DNA of 64,000 bases, from the IMG/VR virus record IMGVR_UViG_3300046653_000093, positions 62,001 through 126,000 of that record, one strand, 5' to 3'. The notes under the pieces were generated by a model. The model was given only the letters and a program-made list of their open reading frames with translations, did not search any database and had not been told where the DNA came from. A program made the position numbers and the translations under genes. Positions 37,301 through 47,032 of this stretch are shown here, one piece after another; positions within the stretch are counted from its first letter, which is position 1, and every line of letters starts with the position of its first letter.

Positions 37301-38297
37301 CGTTGAATTTATCATACTCAACGCCCCCATCACCATACATTAACCCAAGGATATATGCTAAATCAGTATTTATATTACGCGGTAAATTTACATCTTCATT
37401 TAATCTATTTGAATTATTGTATTGCTTCTTTACGTATTCTGGACAAACCAGATCATCAGTTCCAACGCCAACCCTCCAAGCTCCAGGTATTAATACTACA
37501 GAGTCACCCTCTTCAAAATCACCTAGGCGCTTTTCTATCAGGACACCATCCTCTTCTGTTAAGAATAGATGATCTTCCGACGCCCGAACAGAGAAACCAT
37601 ACGATGTTTGTAGTTTGTAAATCTTCTTTGAACCATTAATGAATAAATTAGAAACCCCAATAAATCCATTCTTGGTCCATACAGAATCAATACTAGGCCT
37701 TACTTCCTCAATTGGAATTAGCCCATTTCTAGTAAGAACCCTCTCGCCTTTAGCAATACACTGTCCTATCTTTCTGGTAACTTCAGAGAAGAAATCTGCA
37801 AAGCTCCATGCTCCAGTTGTTGTGCGTGCGGCATTGTTCACCGTCATCCCATCTGGGCGCAGGGATGATAAATCAAACCCAACTCCACAGCGTCTTTTAT
37901 AGAGTTGGGCAAGATTGTGAGCGGTCCTAAAAATACCAGAAATTGAATCTTCTGGAGATGCTTCAACGACGCAGTTGGAAGCACTCATTGTTTGGTAGGG
38001 ATTTCCTACCGCCGCCATAACTGAACCTTGTGGTACAATGCGTCCAAATTGAGACATGGCATTGTAATATATAGCTGTTTGATTTGTGTTATCAATAGAA
38101 TCATCGTATCTAGTATCAATACGAGCAAACTCTGTAGCCAGCCTATTGTGCATACTCTCTGGAGTTGGTTCTACAATATCACCATCAGAATCACGCATTG
38201 CGTATTTGTTCAGGTATACGCTGGCTGATATCTCCTCTCCGTTGAAGTAAGCAAGTGCTAGTTTATGGGCATCTTCGTATGAATACTTTTCCGACAT
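34371..38297 (-). CDS. nrdJ: Class II (B12-dependent) ribonucleotide reductase, intein-containing
   Basis: SNC, GRRGALM, TNPCSE, APTGS, SSGVEP, SSTIN, KG.T.Y.DGSR; C-terminal zinc ribbon. Confidence 0.93.
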   Translation of the reverse strand: MSEKYSYEDAHKLALAYFNGEEISASVYLNKYAMRDSDGDIVEPTPESMHNRLATEFARIDTRYDDSIDNTNQTAIYYNAMSQFGRIVPQGSVMAAVGNPYQTMSASNCVVEASPEDSISGIFRTAHNLAQLYKRRCGVGFDLSSLRPDGMTVNNAARTTTGAWSFADFFSEVTRKIGQCIAKGERVLTRNGLIPIEEVRPSIDSVWTKNGFIGVSNLFINGSKKIYKLQTSYGFSVRASEDHLFLTEEDGVLIEKRLGDFEEGDSVVLIPGAWRVGVGTDDLVCPEYVKKQYNNSNRLNEDVNLPRNINTDLAYILGLMYGDGGVEYDKFNEPLLISIACAHEHPAVQAQACKIIKRVFGIDASIRPGDGAVNKVTINSKLVCHWLKANSLLKEKSTKIRVPSSILKASSEIQMSFLAGFFDADGTNGKSKKGYSFSTTSFSFAKDIQIMLMANGIISKIHTEDRTSKEWRDLYSVAITGTHAQEALVACIDGGTFPAEKIYERFISKRDNYTTPYKAKSLGVTHNQYDFIPDNSHFVSATAYLKIKSAGEKLAQSGLLIKATVSSITEDGVEETFDLELPEEHLFWCEGFYVHNSGRRGALMITLDVHHPDVLKFTNMKHDLTQVTGANISLRLSDEFLKAVEDGTDYEVRWPCESKTPKISRKVSARRVWDAIVDSATKSAEPGLVLWNNAVRTLPAHCYPRFKSVSTNPCSEIILSASDSCRLISLNLTNYVNNPFEGTAQFDFDRFIADVAIQARMGDNLVDLELELIEKIITVIKDTGTTQEDVDQEIVIWQKLHDAGRDGRRTGLGTHGLADALAQLRIRYDSDAAIEMVDKIYRTFKETAYRTSVELAKIRGPFPEFNWELEKDNPFIKDLPADILADMAIYGRRNISMLTQAPTGSVAIISKLGNFSYFNVSSGVEPVFRIYFIRRKKVNPNDVGVRVDFTDVNGDSWQEYKQFSHNARAYLEKFGLDESAPLPEFFVNSDEVDWTKRIMIQAAEQKHIDHSISSTINLPAGTPNSVVSKIYMEAWKYGLKGVTVYVDGSRDGVLVTGDKQALKCENYLIGHYSQVFDKEGFDLWDAIASKLEDVSKELKEIAKAKSLAQGNFDWETADGISLPKYTKQDVLSWFTPIFDAPGQAFAPKRDKILDSETHKIRIDFGNGEPRNAYVTVSFFPGTKKPYEVLVIAPYFGLSEKDLQILELTARTTSMNLRHGVPIMFICEQLDKIGGQYIFSLPTNIARVLRTYAEEQQEEESKTSTIEDFDRKNAVPMEKCPSCGKRTYRKTGAACGNCTNEECTYSGCG
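36510..37760 (-). mobile_element. Intein (417 aa) with LAGLIDADG endonuclease in NrdJ
   Basis: GQ|CIAKGERV...SEDHLF...LGLMYGDG...FLAGFFDADG...YVHN|SGRRG. Confidence 0.92.
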
Positions 38298-38303
38298 AAT
38301 TCC

Positions 38304-38963
38304 TCAAAACAAGTCTATCAATTCTCGTTTCAGCGTCTTCTTTGCTTCTGTTAATAACTTTATGCAGCTCATCCTAGAAATACTTAATCTATCGCAAATC
38401 TTACCAATAGAATAAAGGTCTCTGCGATTCTCGGATGCTCCGCCTAGTTCATAATGTAAGGTTATTACCTTACGCTGATCCTCTGGCAATTTATCCACCG
38501 CACTCCGAATCAAAGTAACCGCTTCGTCTTTAGCAATATGATCGAGAGCACTAATCTCTCCGTCGATAATTATTGGAAGTTGAGATACTTTGTACGGTTG
38601 AACATGCTTGGCATGTTTCAGCGGCACCTTGATAGTAGAGTGGCGATTCGCCTCTCGACTAATCTTGGTTTTGATGTACTTATTTGCCCACCAGTAGAAA
38701 TCGCCCTTTTCGGGCTTATAAGTCTGCAATGCCCTATACAAAGCAATACGGCCATCTTGTTTAAGGTCTTCGTAATTTGCGAATCCCTTATATCTTCTAG
38801 TACGTGCATCAACTAAGTATTCAAGTTCTTTGGTACATTCTGATTGAATATCTTCAAGTTCTCTTTTTAGATTGTTGCTCTTAGACTTTACACATTTCTT
38901 TCTAAGGACAACCATATTACTCAAAAGAGCATTAATCCTATCTTGATCAATTACATTATTCAA
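38304..38963 (-). CDS. Sigma-70-family RNA polymerase sigma factor
   Basis: Region 2 EDLKQDG.IAL..A...Y.PEKG.F..WA; region 4 LPEDQRKVI.L.Y...HTH. Confidence 0.88.
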   Translation of the reverse strand: MNNVIDQDRINALLSNMVVLRKKCVKSKSNNLKRELEDIQSECTKELEYLVDARTRRYKGFANYEDLKQDGRIALYRALQTYKPEKGDFYWWANKYIKTKISREANRHSTIKVPLKHAKHVQPYKVSQLPIIIDGEISALDHIAKDEAVTLIRSAVDKLPEDQRKVITLHYELGGASENRRDLYSIGKICDRLSISRMSCIKLLTEAKKTLKRELIDLF

Positions 38964-38975
38964 AGTTCTCCTATA

Positions 38976-39239
38976 TTAATCGTTATTGCCGTATAAATTA
39001 CGAGCAAGCTTTTCATCTTTTCTAGCCTGACGAGCTATATCTTTCCCTTCTTTCCATAGCTTTTGTACAAGATCTCGACCAGTCAATTCAACTTGAGCAG
39101 AAACATTACAAGATATTAATCTTTTCACTTGTCCTTCAACTCCACAATTAGGACATGCTGTAGGAATAGGTGCATGTATACTGTATGTATCTTCAAATTC
39201 TTGTTGACAAGCTTCGCACAAATGATCATAAGTTGGCAT
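38976..39239 (-). CDS. FmdB-family zinc ribbon protein
   Basis: MPTYD..C..C...FE...CP.CG...V.RLIS. Confidence 0.85.
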   Translation of the reverse strand: MPTYDHLCEACQQEFEDTYSIHAPIPTACPNCGVEGQVKRLISCNVSAQVELTGRDLVQKLWKEGKDIARQARKDEKLARNLYGNND

Positions 39240-39418
39240 ATATTATCTCCTAATTTCCTTGAGTGTTTTACCAAGGAGTACTAATTCAACATCATCCATC
39301 CAATTGTCTCGTACTCTTTGTTTAAAGCTCTCATCAATAACCTTAAATACCAAATACAAATCACCTGTAATTGGATCAACTTCCATTCTAATGGCTCGTG
39401 CAACAGTATCAAAGACCA

Positions 39419-40870
39419 TCAACTATCCTTTGCCTTATTCTTTGCCTCCTGAATTGATCTAATCAGGTCTGGTATATTGGCAGTTACATCTCCAGGAATT
39501 TCTCTCTGATCATATGGTACATCTATAAGAGATGCATTGGCAAAATTCTTAATCAAATTACCTTGACCCAATGGACCCTTTCGATTCTTGACTACATGAA
39601 TCTTCAAATCTGGAAAGCTCATCTCGTTTTGCCTTGTCTCTATTTGAATACCCAAATTTACGTGATGCATTATCAAAGATGAACGTCCCCATCGATGCAT
39701 ACCAACTGCACGATTCTCATCCTTGGATCCTGTTGCGTTCCTCTTGAGATCTGTAAGCTGGGCAGCTGTAATAATTGCATTGTCATAAGCTCTTCCGAAC
39801 TCATGCAATGATGCAGCTATCCCTCCAAGCTTCAACCAATCTTGTTCTTTTGCAAGAGCCGTACTGTGCATCAAACCCATATAATCAACGACTACCACGT
39901 CTGGACGATATCGTAACAGTGCATCATGATATCGCAGCTCAACCTCTTCAATTGTAAGGTTTCGTGGGACATCTACAATGTCAAAATAATAGCCGCTTCC
40001 TTGATATGCTTTGATAAAATCATAAGCCTTTTGTACTCTCATCTCTTCCTCACGAGATAGAGTGGCTTTGGTCAAGCCTCGCTGTGGAACATTAGCTAAG
40101 CTGGCAAGGAACCTAACAAAGCAGTCCTCATAGGGCATTTCCAGGGAGAAATAGAGGATATTGTAACCCTTCACCATTGAGGTGCTGGCAGACGACTCGA
40201 TTGTATTTCCCTGAAGCCAAATCTGCTTGGCCATATTGTTAAGCAACTGCGACTTGCCGGCATTGCTCTCACCACCAATCATAATCAGCTCGCCAGGTGA
40301 AATGCCCCCAGAAACGGCATCAATCATACTGTAGCCGGTCTTGATTTCTACGGAATCTTCGGGGTTAAGCTTGCGCGCCTCGTAAGAATCAATGAATTCA
40401 GGGATATAATCGCCGACAGGCTTTTGGGTATAGGTTCGTTCAAGCTCTATCGAGGTAATTCGGTTGATAGCCAACGATAGCTTGTTGAAATACTCCTCTG
40501 GGTTATCTGGAGAATCAGGATCATCAGATGACGCCTGCGCACGGATATCCTCTACCGCCTGTTGTTGAAACCTCTTCTTCAACTGTTCGAGATCATAGGG
40601 ATATTCGCGAGTGTCGTATTCTAGCCCTTCTATCTCACTCCAAGCATCCTCTATATTGGCCACGAGCAGTGGATTGCCACTGTGATGTTCGATAAGGGTT
40701 CGTTTGGTAGGGGGCGATCTGAAGTGTTTGGTATAATCCAGGACTAGTTTGGCGAAACGCTGAACGTCAATATCGAACAGAGTATGATCATAACGAGAAA
40801 CGAATGTGAGCGCGCTTACCTTGTCATGTACAAGGGCTTTAAGAATCTTAAGATCTAGTTCCTCTATCAT
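39419..40870 (-). CDS. dnaB: DnaB-like replicative helicase
   Basis: TGY..ID...GG..PGEL..IGG...AGKS, FSLEM, VVDYMGL, AAQL, KNRKGP. Confidence 0.88.
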   Translation of the reverse strand: MIEELDLKILKALVHDKVSALTFVSRYDHTLFDIDVQRFAKLVLDYTKHFRSPPTKRTLIEHHSGNPLLVANIEDAWSEIEGLEYDTREYPYDLEQLKKRFQQQAVEDIRAQASSDDPDSPDNPEEYFNKLSLAINRITSIELERTYTQKPVGDYIPEFIDSYEARKLNPEDSVEIKTGYSMIDAVSGGISPGELIMIGGESNAGKSQLLNNMAKQIWLQGNTIESSASTSMVKGYNILYFSLEMPYEDCFVRFLASLANVPQRGLTKATLSREEEMRVQKAYDFIKAYQGSGYYFDIVDVPRNLTIEEVELRYHDALLRYRPDVVVVDYMGLMHSTALAKEQDWLKLGGIAASLHEFGRAYDNAIITAAQLTDLKRNATGSKDENRAVGMHRWGRSSLIMHHVNLGIQIETRQNEMSFPDLKIHVVKNRKGPLGQGNLIKNFANASLIDVPYDQREIPGDVTANIPDLIRSIQEAKNKAKDS

Positions 40871-42636
40871 AATTCTCCCTTTTTAATCATGTCTCGCATA
40901 TCCTGCCCACCAATAACAGGAACCAATTTAACCACTTTCATCAAACTTTCAATACTTGCTCGCAAAGGTCCAGAGAAACTTTCCTCAACCTTCACGCTGT
41001 TGGTACAGAAGAATAGAGGTACCTTATTTTGAATTCTGGTCCTCATAATTGGCTCAAGAATGCGGCCAAATAGATCGGCGGCATTCTCACTGCCCATAAA
41101 GCGAGCATCGAACTCATCTATTACCAAAAAGTCTATAGATAGTAATATCTCTCGCGCCTGAGATTTTACCTCTGGCGAGGAATACAGCATGATATGGATT
41201 ATGTCCGTCAGATTGACATACAGAGCGCTGTAGCTCTTTTCGACGGCTCGCTTCAGGATGCAGCAGGAAACCATCGTATTGTGCGTTGCGATAAAATTGC
41301 GCGTAATCAAAAATAAATGAGATGGGCTATCAACCGTAAGGCATCTCATTGGCCTTGGATCAATTATAGAAACCTTAGTTATGAACCTGTGAGTTGTTCT
41401 GGTTTCCTGTGATTTTTCCAATCTTATATTTTGAAGTTTTCGAGTAATTCTACAGATTGGTAGTTTTGTAGTAAATGTTACTCGATAACGATCCTGGCAT
41501 CGCTTACCATTGAGAAAGCTTTTGTTTTTATTGATTGTTGCCTTTATCCCAAAGCTCAAAATCAATTGTAAAAACCCCCTAGCTAATGGCTCAATAACAG
41601 AACAGAACTCACATAGGCCAGTATCAGTTATATGGCCATCAGTATCCATCAATCCCTGAACTAAAGCAAGTCTCTGTTCAAATGAAGAATGTAAATATTC
41701 CCAAGGTATATACTTATTCTGTATTAGCCCAAATTCTCTCAATTCTTTAGCTAATCTTCCGGTTTTTCTCTTAAACTTTCCAACAGGAATCAATTTACCA
41801 ATTCTATAAAGAAAAGATTTTGATTTAGAACTAACTGATGAAGGCTTCAAAAACGCTTCATATCCAATCAGCTCTATATTATGAATAATCTCTATATCTG
41901 CAGATTCAATCGATCCCTCTCTACAAGTCCCATCACCAAGCCAGCAACCCAAAACATAAGGATCTATTAGTAGTGATTTGCTGCTGTAATTTATTGGCCT
42001 CGAACACTCAATGGAATGATTAGATATTTTTTGCTTACCATTAACCTTTTGAGTTAGGAATATTTCCTTAGTAGTCCTTACTTCTGGAGCTGATTTATCA
42101 AGTCTGCTTTTTCTAGTATGAGTAAGCCATAAATGATCAGCACAAGCATTTACTTTTAAACCATCATCAAACTCTAGTTCATAAGATTCTGGGCTTATCT
42201 GTATTGGGTGTAATTTTAATACCTTACAAATATTACCATTTTCATCAAATAAAGAATCTCCTTCGCAAAGATCCTTTAGCTTGATAAATCCGGTTGGTGT
42301 TGGCAACTCGGTCTCAAGATCTAATTGTTTACCGATTCCATGTTTACCGGCAAAGAATGCCCGCTCACCATTCTTGTAAGTCTCCTTGATGTCTTTTGTA
42401 ACATCTTGATAGACTTTACCCAGAATAGCGGGGCCTGACCAATCCGTCATGTCACGCCACCAGTAATCAACTGGTATATTGGCGTCGTAATAGCGCTGGA
42501 ATGCAGTTGTAAGAGAAGCACCAGCTGTGGTTAGTATGCCATCGTTGGATTGACTATCAAGAAGGTCACTGACGGAATCATCTAGCTTTCTTCTTGGGAT
42601 GTTTAGGAATGGGTTTTGTAAATATTGGGTATCCAA
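40867..42636 (-). CDS. DnaC/IstB-like AAA+ ATPase (helicase loader), intein-containing
   Basis: Walker A GKHGIGK|T split by an intein; Walker B LVIDE; adjacent to dnaB. Confidence 0.8.
   Translation of the reverse strand: MDTQYLQNPFLNIPRRKLDDSVSDLLDSQSNDGILTTAGASLTTAFQRYYDANIPVDYWWRDMTDWSGPAILGKVYQDVTKDIKETYKNGERAFFAGKHGIGKQLDLETELPTPTGFIKLKDLCEGDSLFDENGNICKVLKLHPIQISPESYELEFDDGLKVNACADHLWLTHTRKSRLDKSAPEVRTTKEIFLTQKVNGKQKISNHSIECSRPINYSSKSLLIDPYVLGCWLGDGTCREGSIESADIEIIHNIELIGYEAFLKPSSVSSKSKSFLYRIGKLIPVGKFKRKTGRLAKELREFGLIQNKYIPWEYLHSSFEQRLALVQGLMDTDGHITDTGLCEFCSVIEPLARGFLQLILSFGIKATINKNKSFLNGKRCQDRYRVTFTTKLPICRITRKLQNIRLEKSQETRTTHRFITKVSIIDPRPMRCLTVDSPSHLFLITRNFIATHNTMVSCCILKRAVEKSYSALYVNLTDIIHIMLYSSPEVKSQAREILLSIDFLVIDEFDARFMGSENAADLFGRILEPIMRTRIQNKVPLFFCTNSVKVEESFSGPLRASIESLMKVVKLVPVIGGQDMRDMIKKGEL
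41278..42327 (-). mobile_element. Class 3 intein (350 aa, Gln1) with LAGLIDADG endonuclease
   Basis: QLDLETELPTPTG...ADHLW...LGCWLGDG...QGLMDTDG...MRCLTVDS...ATHN|T. Confidence 0.88.
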
Positions 42637-43003
42637 ATTCTACCTCGGGAAGTACTTCGATCTTCTGTGATCTTTTCAGCAATTCACGAGCCCGCTTTCT
42701 TTCCTCTTCCGCTTTGAGCTTATGCAACTCTGCCAAATTCTTGGCTCTCATATCCTCTCGGGGATAATAACGGTCAGGCTCGGGCTCTTCTTCTAGAAAG
42801 ACCTTCCCTGGCTCGCTCGACCCCGTTGTTTGATGAGTGATCTTAATTGCCAATACATTCTTAAATGGATCCTGCACAATAAACACAGATCTATCAAACA
42901 GTTCAAGAACCATCTGCTCGTCCGTTAGCTCAATCAGCCTACCCGCCTCAATAACGTTGTTCGCACAAATGATCTTGATAACAGATCCAATCTCAATTTC
43001 CAT
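42578..43003 (-). CDS. Hypothetical protein
   Basis: ORF in the replication gene run. Confidence 0.5.
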   Translation of the reverse strand: MEIEIGSVIKIICANNVIEAGRLIELTDEQMVLELFDRSVFIVQDPFKNVLAIKITHQTTGSSEPGKVFLEEEPEPDRYYPREDMRAKNLAELHKLKAEEERKRARELLKRSQKIEVLPEVEFGYPIFTKPIPKHPKKKAR

Positions 43004-43631
43004 CTAGTCTCCCTAAAACACTATCATCGAAGCCAATACTCTTCAGATCATCAAACATCTTTGTATATATCTGAAGTTCGTTATTACCAGGATCATTCTC
43101 GACAGCAATTTTAGCAAATGCTAAATCACCATATGTACTAACATCAAGATTAAGATTATTAACCACGCTCTTACAATCCTGTGGTAATAAAGTTGATCTT
43201 GTAATCTTGGTTTCTTTACGGAACTTCTTTTTGAATTCAAATATGAAGTTCGTTGTGAAAAAGTAAGCGATAGAACTTAAAGAAACCTTCTTTGGAACTA
43301 TATACTGATCAAATACGAAATCTATATAGTCCTTTATGGTTTGATTATCATCAACTCCTAGAAATGAAATCATTCTCTTTATACAAAATAACTCAGAGCA
43401 TTTACTTGGTGGGCCGCTGTAAGAAAGAGTAAAGTCAATGCCCATGTAGTCTTTGTAGCGCTTCAATATATGGCCAAGGAAATGATGGTCTTTCCATTCC
43501 GAAATATCATCAAAACTATACCCGGACAATTTTGATTTGAACTTTAGCCAAGAACTATTCGGCGAGCCATCTTCTTTGAGCCCACTCACCTTTCGAACTT
43601 TAGTTGTTGCTACTTTTTTTCCTGTGGCCAT
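42993..43631 (-). CDS. Hypothetical protein
   Basis: ORF in the replication gene run. Confidence 0.55.
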   Translation of the reverse strand: MATGKKVATTKVRKVSGLKEDGSPNSSWLKFKSKLSGYSFDDISEWKDHHFLGHILKRYKDYMGIDFTLSYSGPPSKCSELFCIKRMISFLGVDDNQTIKDYIDFVFDQYIVPKKVSLSSIAYFFTTNFIFEFKKKFRKETKITRSTLLPQDCKSVVNNLNLDVSTYGDLAFAKIAVENDPGNNELQIYTKMFDDLKSIGFDDSVLGRLDGN

Positions 43632-45088
43632 GTTACATCGAACTCCGATTCGTATATCTCGCGTCTAATTTCGGCATGCTCTGTAAGATATGGAGCTTGA
43701 TCTGCAAAGTCTATAATAGCCGACATGTCTTTTCCCTTGTAGGGACGAATGACTCGACCTATTCTCTGCAAAGCTCTTACAGATGATTTACCAGATCCGG
43801 CAATAACAAGTCCTGAAAGTATTGGTAGGTCAATTCCAATATCGAAGATTTTACTTGCAACCAAGCATTTGATTTTGCCAGCTTCCAATTCATCTTTAAT
43901 TTTGTCACGCTGTTTTGCGCTGTCTTTTCCACTAAGAAGACCAGTTGGAACATTTTTCTTCAGCGAATCAAAAAGAACATCCCCATGTTTGATGGTGTGG
44001 AAGAGAACCAACGGCACAAAGCCTTGCTCGACCATACTTGTAGCCGCTCTCAAAATCATAGAGTTGCGTTGTTCGTTCTCTACAACGTATTTGGAATAAA
44101 CCTTGGGATATTTTCCTGTTCTGAAAGGATAAGGCTTAGGAGCTAGGAATCGTATATTTGGCTGTACAAGATATCCTTGCTTAATTAATGTTTGTGCAGA
44201 TATATCAACAATTATCTTACCAAGAAATGCTTCAATTAGCATATCTGCGTTATCATCTCTCCATGGACTTGCAGACATACCGTATACGTATTCGGCTTTT
44301 ATGTTTTTTGAAATAACCTGAACTGTATCACATGCCGCCAAATGGCATTCATCCATAATATGTACAGAGCTATTCAATAGCATCTCTTTGATCTTGCTAA
44401 ACTTGTTAGGATCTATTTTCTTTTCAGTTTCACTAACATCATCAAGAGTGATATTCTTCTTCAGACCTAATGCCTGACCAACACTCCAGATTGTTGCGAT
44501 ATTTATGTTCTTTATCTCGCACTTACCGTCTCCAATGATTCCAATTTCCTCATCGAATATCTTAGAGAAGAACTCTTGCAACTGGTAAAGAAGATCTTTT
44601 CCAATTACGTAAACAATCGTTGGCTTGCCAAGCTTTGCAGTAATGAGAGCGGCGATCAGGGTCTTTCCGCCACCGGTTGCCAATCTGATGATGCCGCGCT
44701 CCGTCCCCACGGCCTGATTGGCGGCATACTCTTGGTACGGTCGAGGTTCTTTGCCAATCGTACGCAGTTTTTCAGAGACATCAATTGGAGTTGATTTTTC
44801 TATTGGCAATCTTTCGTCAACAATTAATGGATGGATTCCCTTCTGTGAATAGAAGTCCAAAACTCTTGGAAGAAGCCCAACTGGGAATTTTCCAGATGAA
44901 GATAGCAGATGCCTCTTCCCATCCCAAGAAACGAACTCACCAAGTTCATTTACATATCCCTTATACGCAGGAGAAAATTCGGCACCAAGTATTTGAAATG
45001 ACAACTCTCGATCCAAATCACTAAGGATCTCATCATCATCTTCGTCAACAACCTTGCAGGAGTTTTGGTGCCGAATAATTGCTGTCAT
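43610..45088 (-). CDS. SF2 helicase (UvsW/XPB-like)
   Basis: PRPYQ, ATGGGKT, DECH, SAS, QRIGRVIR. Confidence 0.9.
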   Translation of the reverse strand: MTAIIRHQNSCKVVDEDDDEILSDLDRELSFQILGAEFSPAYKGYVNELGEFVSWDGKRHLLSSSGKFPVGLLPRVLDFYSQKGIHPLIVDERLPIEKSTPIDVSEKLRTIGKEPRPYQEYAANQAVGTERGIIRLATGGGKTLIAALITAKLGKPTIVYVIGKDLLYQLQEFFSKIFDEEIGIIGDGKCEIKNINIATIWSVGQALGLKKNITLDDVSETEKKIDPNKFSKIKEMLLNSSVHIMDECHLAACDTVQVISKNIKAEYVYGMSASPWRDDNADMLIEAFLGKIIVDISAQTLIKQGYLVQPNIRFLAPKPYPFRTGKYPKVYSKYVVENEQRNSMILRAATSMVEQGFVPLVLFHTIKHGDVLFDSLKKNVPTGLLSGKDSAKQRDKIKDELEAGKIKCLVASKIFDIGIDLPILSGLVIAGSGKSSVRALQRIGRVIRPYKGKDMSAIIDFADQAPYLTEHAEIRREIYESEFDVTWPQEKK

Positions 45089-45624
45089 TCAACCTTCAAA
45101 ACTTGAACAGCTTCTGTTGAAAGACCTCTACTTCCAAATAAACAATATAGGCGATCCATATCTTTTTGATCATCAGAAGAAACTGAACCAAAACATCCAA
45201 AGAATTCTGGATCTGGTAATATCATGCAAACATTATCTTCTATATCATCAATTCCAAATACTCTATTTGATTCTATTTGTTTTTTCAAAGAAGTGCTGCA
45301 CACGATATTACGATCTTGAATTAGATTGAAGTTATACTTATTCATTTTCTTCTCAAGACCTTCATTGATGTAATCATCTATGATAAACTTCAAAAGTTTA
45401 TTAGCCATCTCAACTATACCAAAGATATCAGGATCTATAAGCCTCATCATCAACCTATCTCTGACATCAACTTTTCGCTTACAAATACTACCATCTGCTT
45501 GTAGTAAATAATAAGTTGTTTCATCAGCTTCATAGACAGGTTGATAGTAATTGGATAGCCTCCCTAAACAATCACACACAAATATGCGCTGCAGGCTATC
45601 AATCGAGCCATGTTTGAATTCCAT
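45085..45624 (-). CDS. Hypothetical protein
   Basis: 179 aa coupled ORF. Confidence 0.5.
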   Translation of the reverse strand: MEFKHGSIDSLQRIFVCDCLGRLSNYYQPVYEADETTYYLLQADGSICKRKVDVRDRLMMRLIDPDIFGIVEMANKLLKFIIDDYINEGLEKKMNKYNFNLIQDRNIVCSTSLKKQIESNRVFGIDDIEDNVCMILPDPEFFGCFGSVSSDDQKDMDRLYCLFGSRGLSTEAVQVLKVE

Positions 45625-47018
45625 TACTTCTTTCTCCGGTCATGAACGGCAGCGTTGTGTAGCTTGGTAAAGGAAGATGCCTTCTGCTGAATCCTGCGCT
45701 TGATTTCCTCAACCTGATTGGTGCTCTCTTCTCCAACATCAACCTTAATGGTCATGTTGCGCTCATCGTCCTTGCGCTGAGCAGCTCCCATTTTCAACTG
45801 GGCCTCGGTCTTCAATTGATTAACTCTTTCCTCTGGTAATCCAAGACCGGAGAACATTGAATAGACCTTTACGCAGTCATCCTCAGACTCTTCTTTGTAA
45901 ATACCATGGAAGGGCACAACGCCTTCACACGTATCAAGAATCATCGATTGTGCAAAGTGTAGGCTGGAACTTGGAATTTTGTTCCACACCCTATCAGGGG
46001 CCACAAGCATGAATCCAGCATATCTAGCCTGACGAATATTGAATCCTGAAGCCAGCAAATTACCCTTGAGAGACTCTAGAATTGCTGAGGCAATTGCCAT
46101 CTCATCTTCATAATCCGGGACAGTGGTAACGCCATATACCGTGAAGCCTTTGCCGTCCATAAATAGCTTACCAAACTCAGAGGAATCAAGAACCTTGACT
46201 CCTTCATCTGGGCGGCGGCTCATTGTATTGAAAACATCCAAAGGCTCTACAATAGCCTTATTCGAAACCTGGAAGAAGTTGAATGGACCAACATCACTAT
46301 ACAATGACTCAATCTTTGCGTTATCAACAGCAATGATGTTGTGTATCTTGCCAGCGGTAAAGAGCTTCGTAAACGTGCTTAGTGTCTGCCATGCATTGTG
46401 CTTCAGCTGAGCATCTTCGCTGGCTTTTGGTAGAACCGTAAGTACAGCAATTGGCTTTTCTAGCTGCGACAGAATATCAACGACAACTGGCACAGAACCA
46501 GCACCAGAACCACCACCAAGTGATGTGCAGAAAATGAATACTTCTACATCGCTCAAATGACGCTGAATAAGTTGATTGATAGCTGCTCGATAGGCATCCG
46601 CAGCATCATGGCCAATGGTCAGATCTTTTGCAGCGCCTCCAAGACCAAAGTCAAGCAATAGCTTTTGCCGCTCTGGAAGCTTGATATTCTCCAAATCCTG
46701 AGGGGCTGTGTTCATGCAAACCGCTGGGTAACCAAGAGCAAAGAATTGTTCTGCCAAGCGGCTTCCTGCCTGACCAGACCCAACAATTCCAAAGCGCAGG
46801 CTTCGTTGCTGCTCCTCTACAATACGTGGTGGCATAACCTCCTCCTTTACCTCCTCTTTTGTCTCGTTGAGCTTGGCAAGTTCCTTTGCTTCTTCTGCTC
46901 TCTTCTGTGCGGCTCGCGCCTTCAGAGCGGCCAATTTTTCTTCATCAACTTGTGGTGTTTCGATATCGTTCACTATTTCCTCTCGATTTAATTTTTCAAT
47001 CTTTGATTGAGTTACCAT
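45624..47018 (-). CDS. Tubulin/FtsZ-family GTPase (PhuZ/TubZ/CetZ-like)
   Basis: GSGQAGSRLAE, NTA..D, GLGGAAKD..G, LGGGSGAG, VDN. Confidence 0.9.
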   Translation of the reverse strand: MVTQSKIEKLNREEIVNDIETPQVDEEKLAALKARAAQKRAEEAKELAKLNETKEEVKEEVMPPRIVEEQQRSLRFGIVGSGQAGSRLAEQFFALGYPAVCMNTAPQDLENIKLPERQKLLLDFGLGGAAKDLTIGHDAADAYRAAINQLIQRHLSDVEVFIFCTSLGGGSGAGSVPVVVDILSQLEKPIAVLTVLPKASEDAQLKHNAWQTLSTFTKLFTAGKIHNIIAVDNAKIESLYSDVGPFNFFQVSNKAIVEPLDVFNTMSRRPDEGVKVLDSSEFGKLFMDGKGFTVYGVTTVPDYEDEMAIASAILESLKGNLLASGFNIRQARYAGFMLVAPDRVWNKIPSSSLHFAQSMILDTCEGVVPFHGIYKEESEDDCVKVYSMFSGLGLPEERVNQLKTEAQLKMGAAQRKDDERNMTIKVDVGEESTNQVEEIKRRIQQKASSFTKLHNAAVHDRRKK

Positions 47019-47032
47019 TATTTACCTAATTA

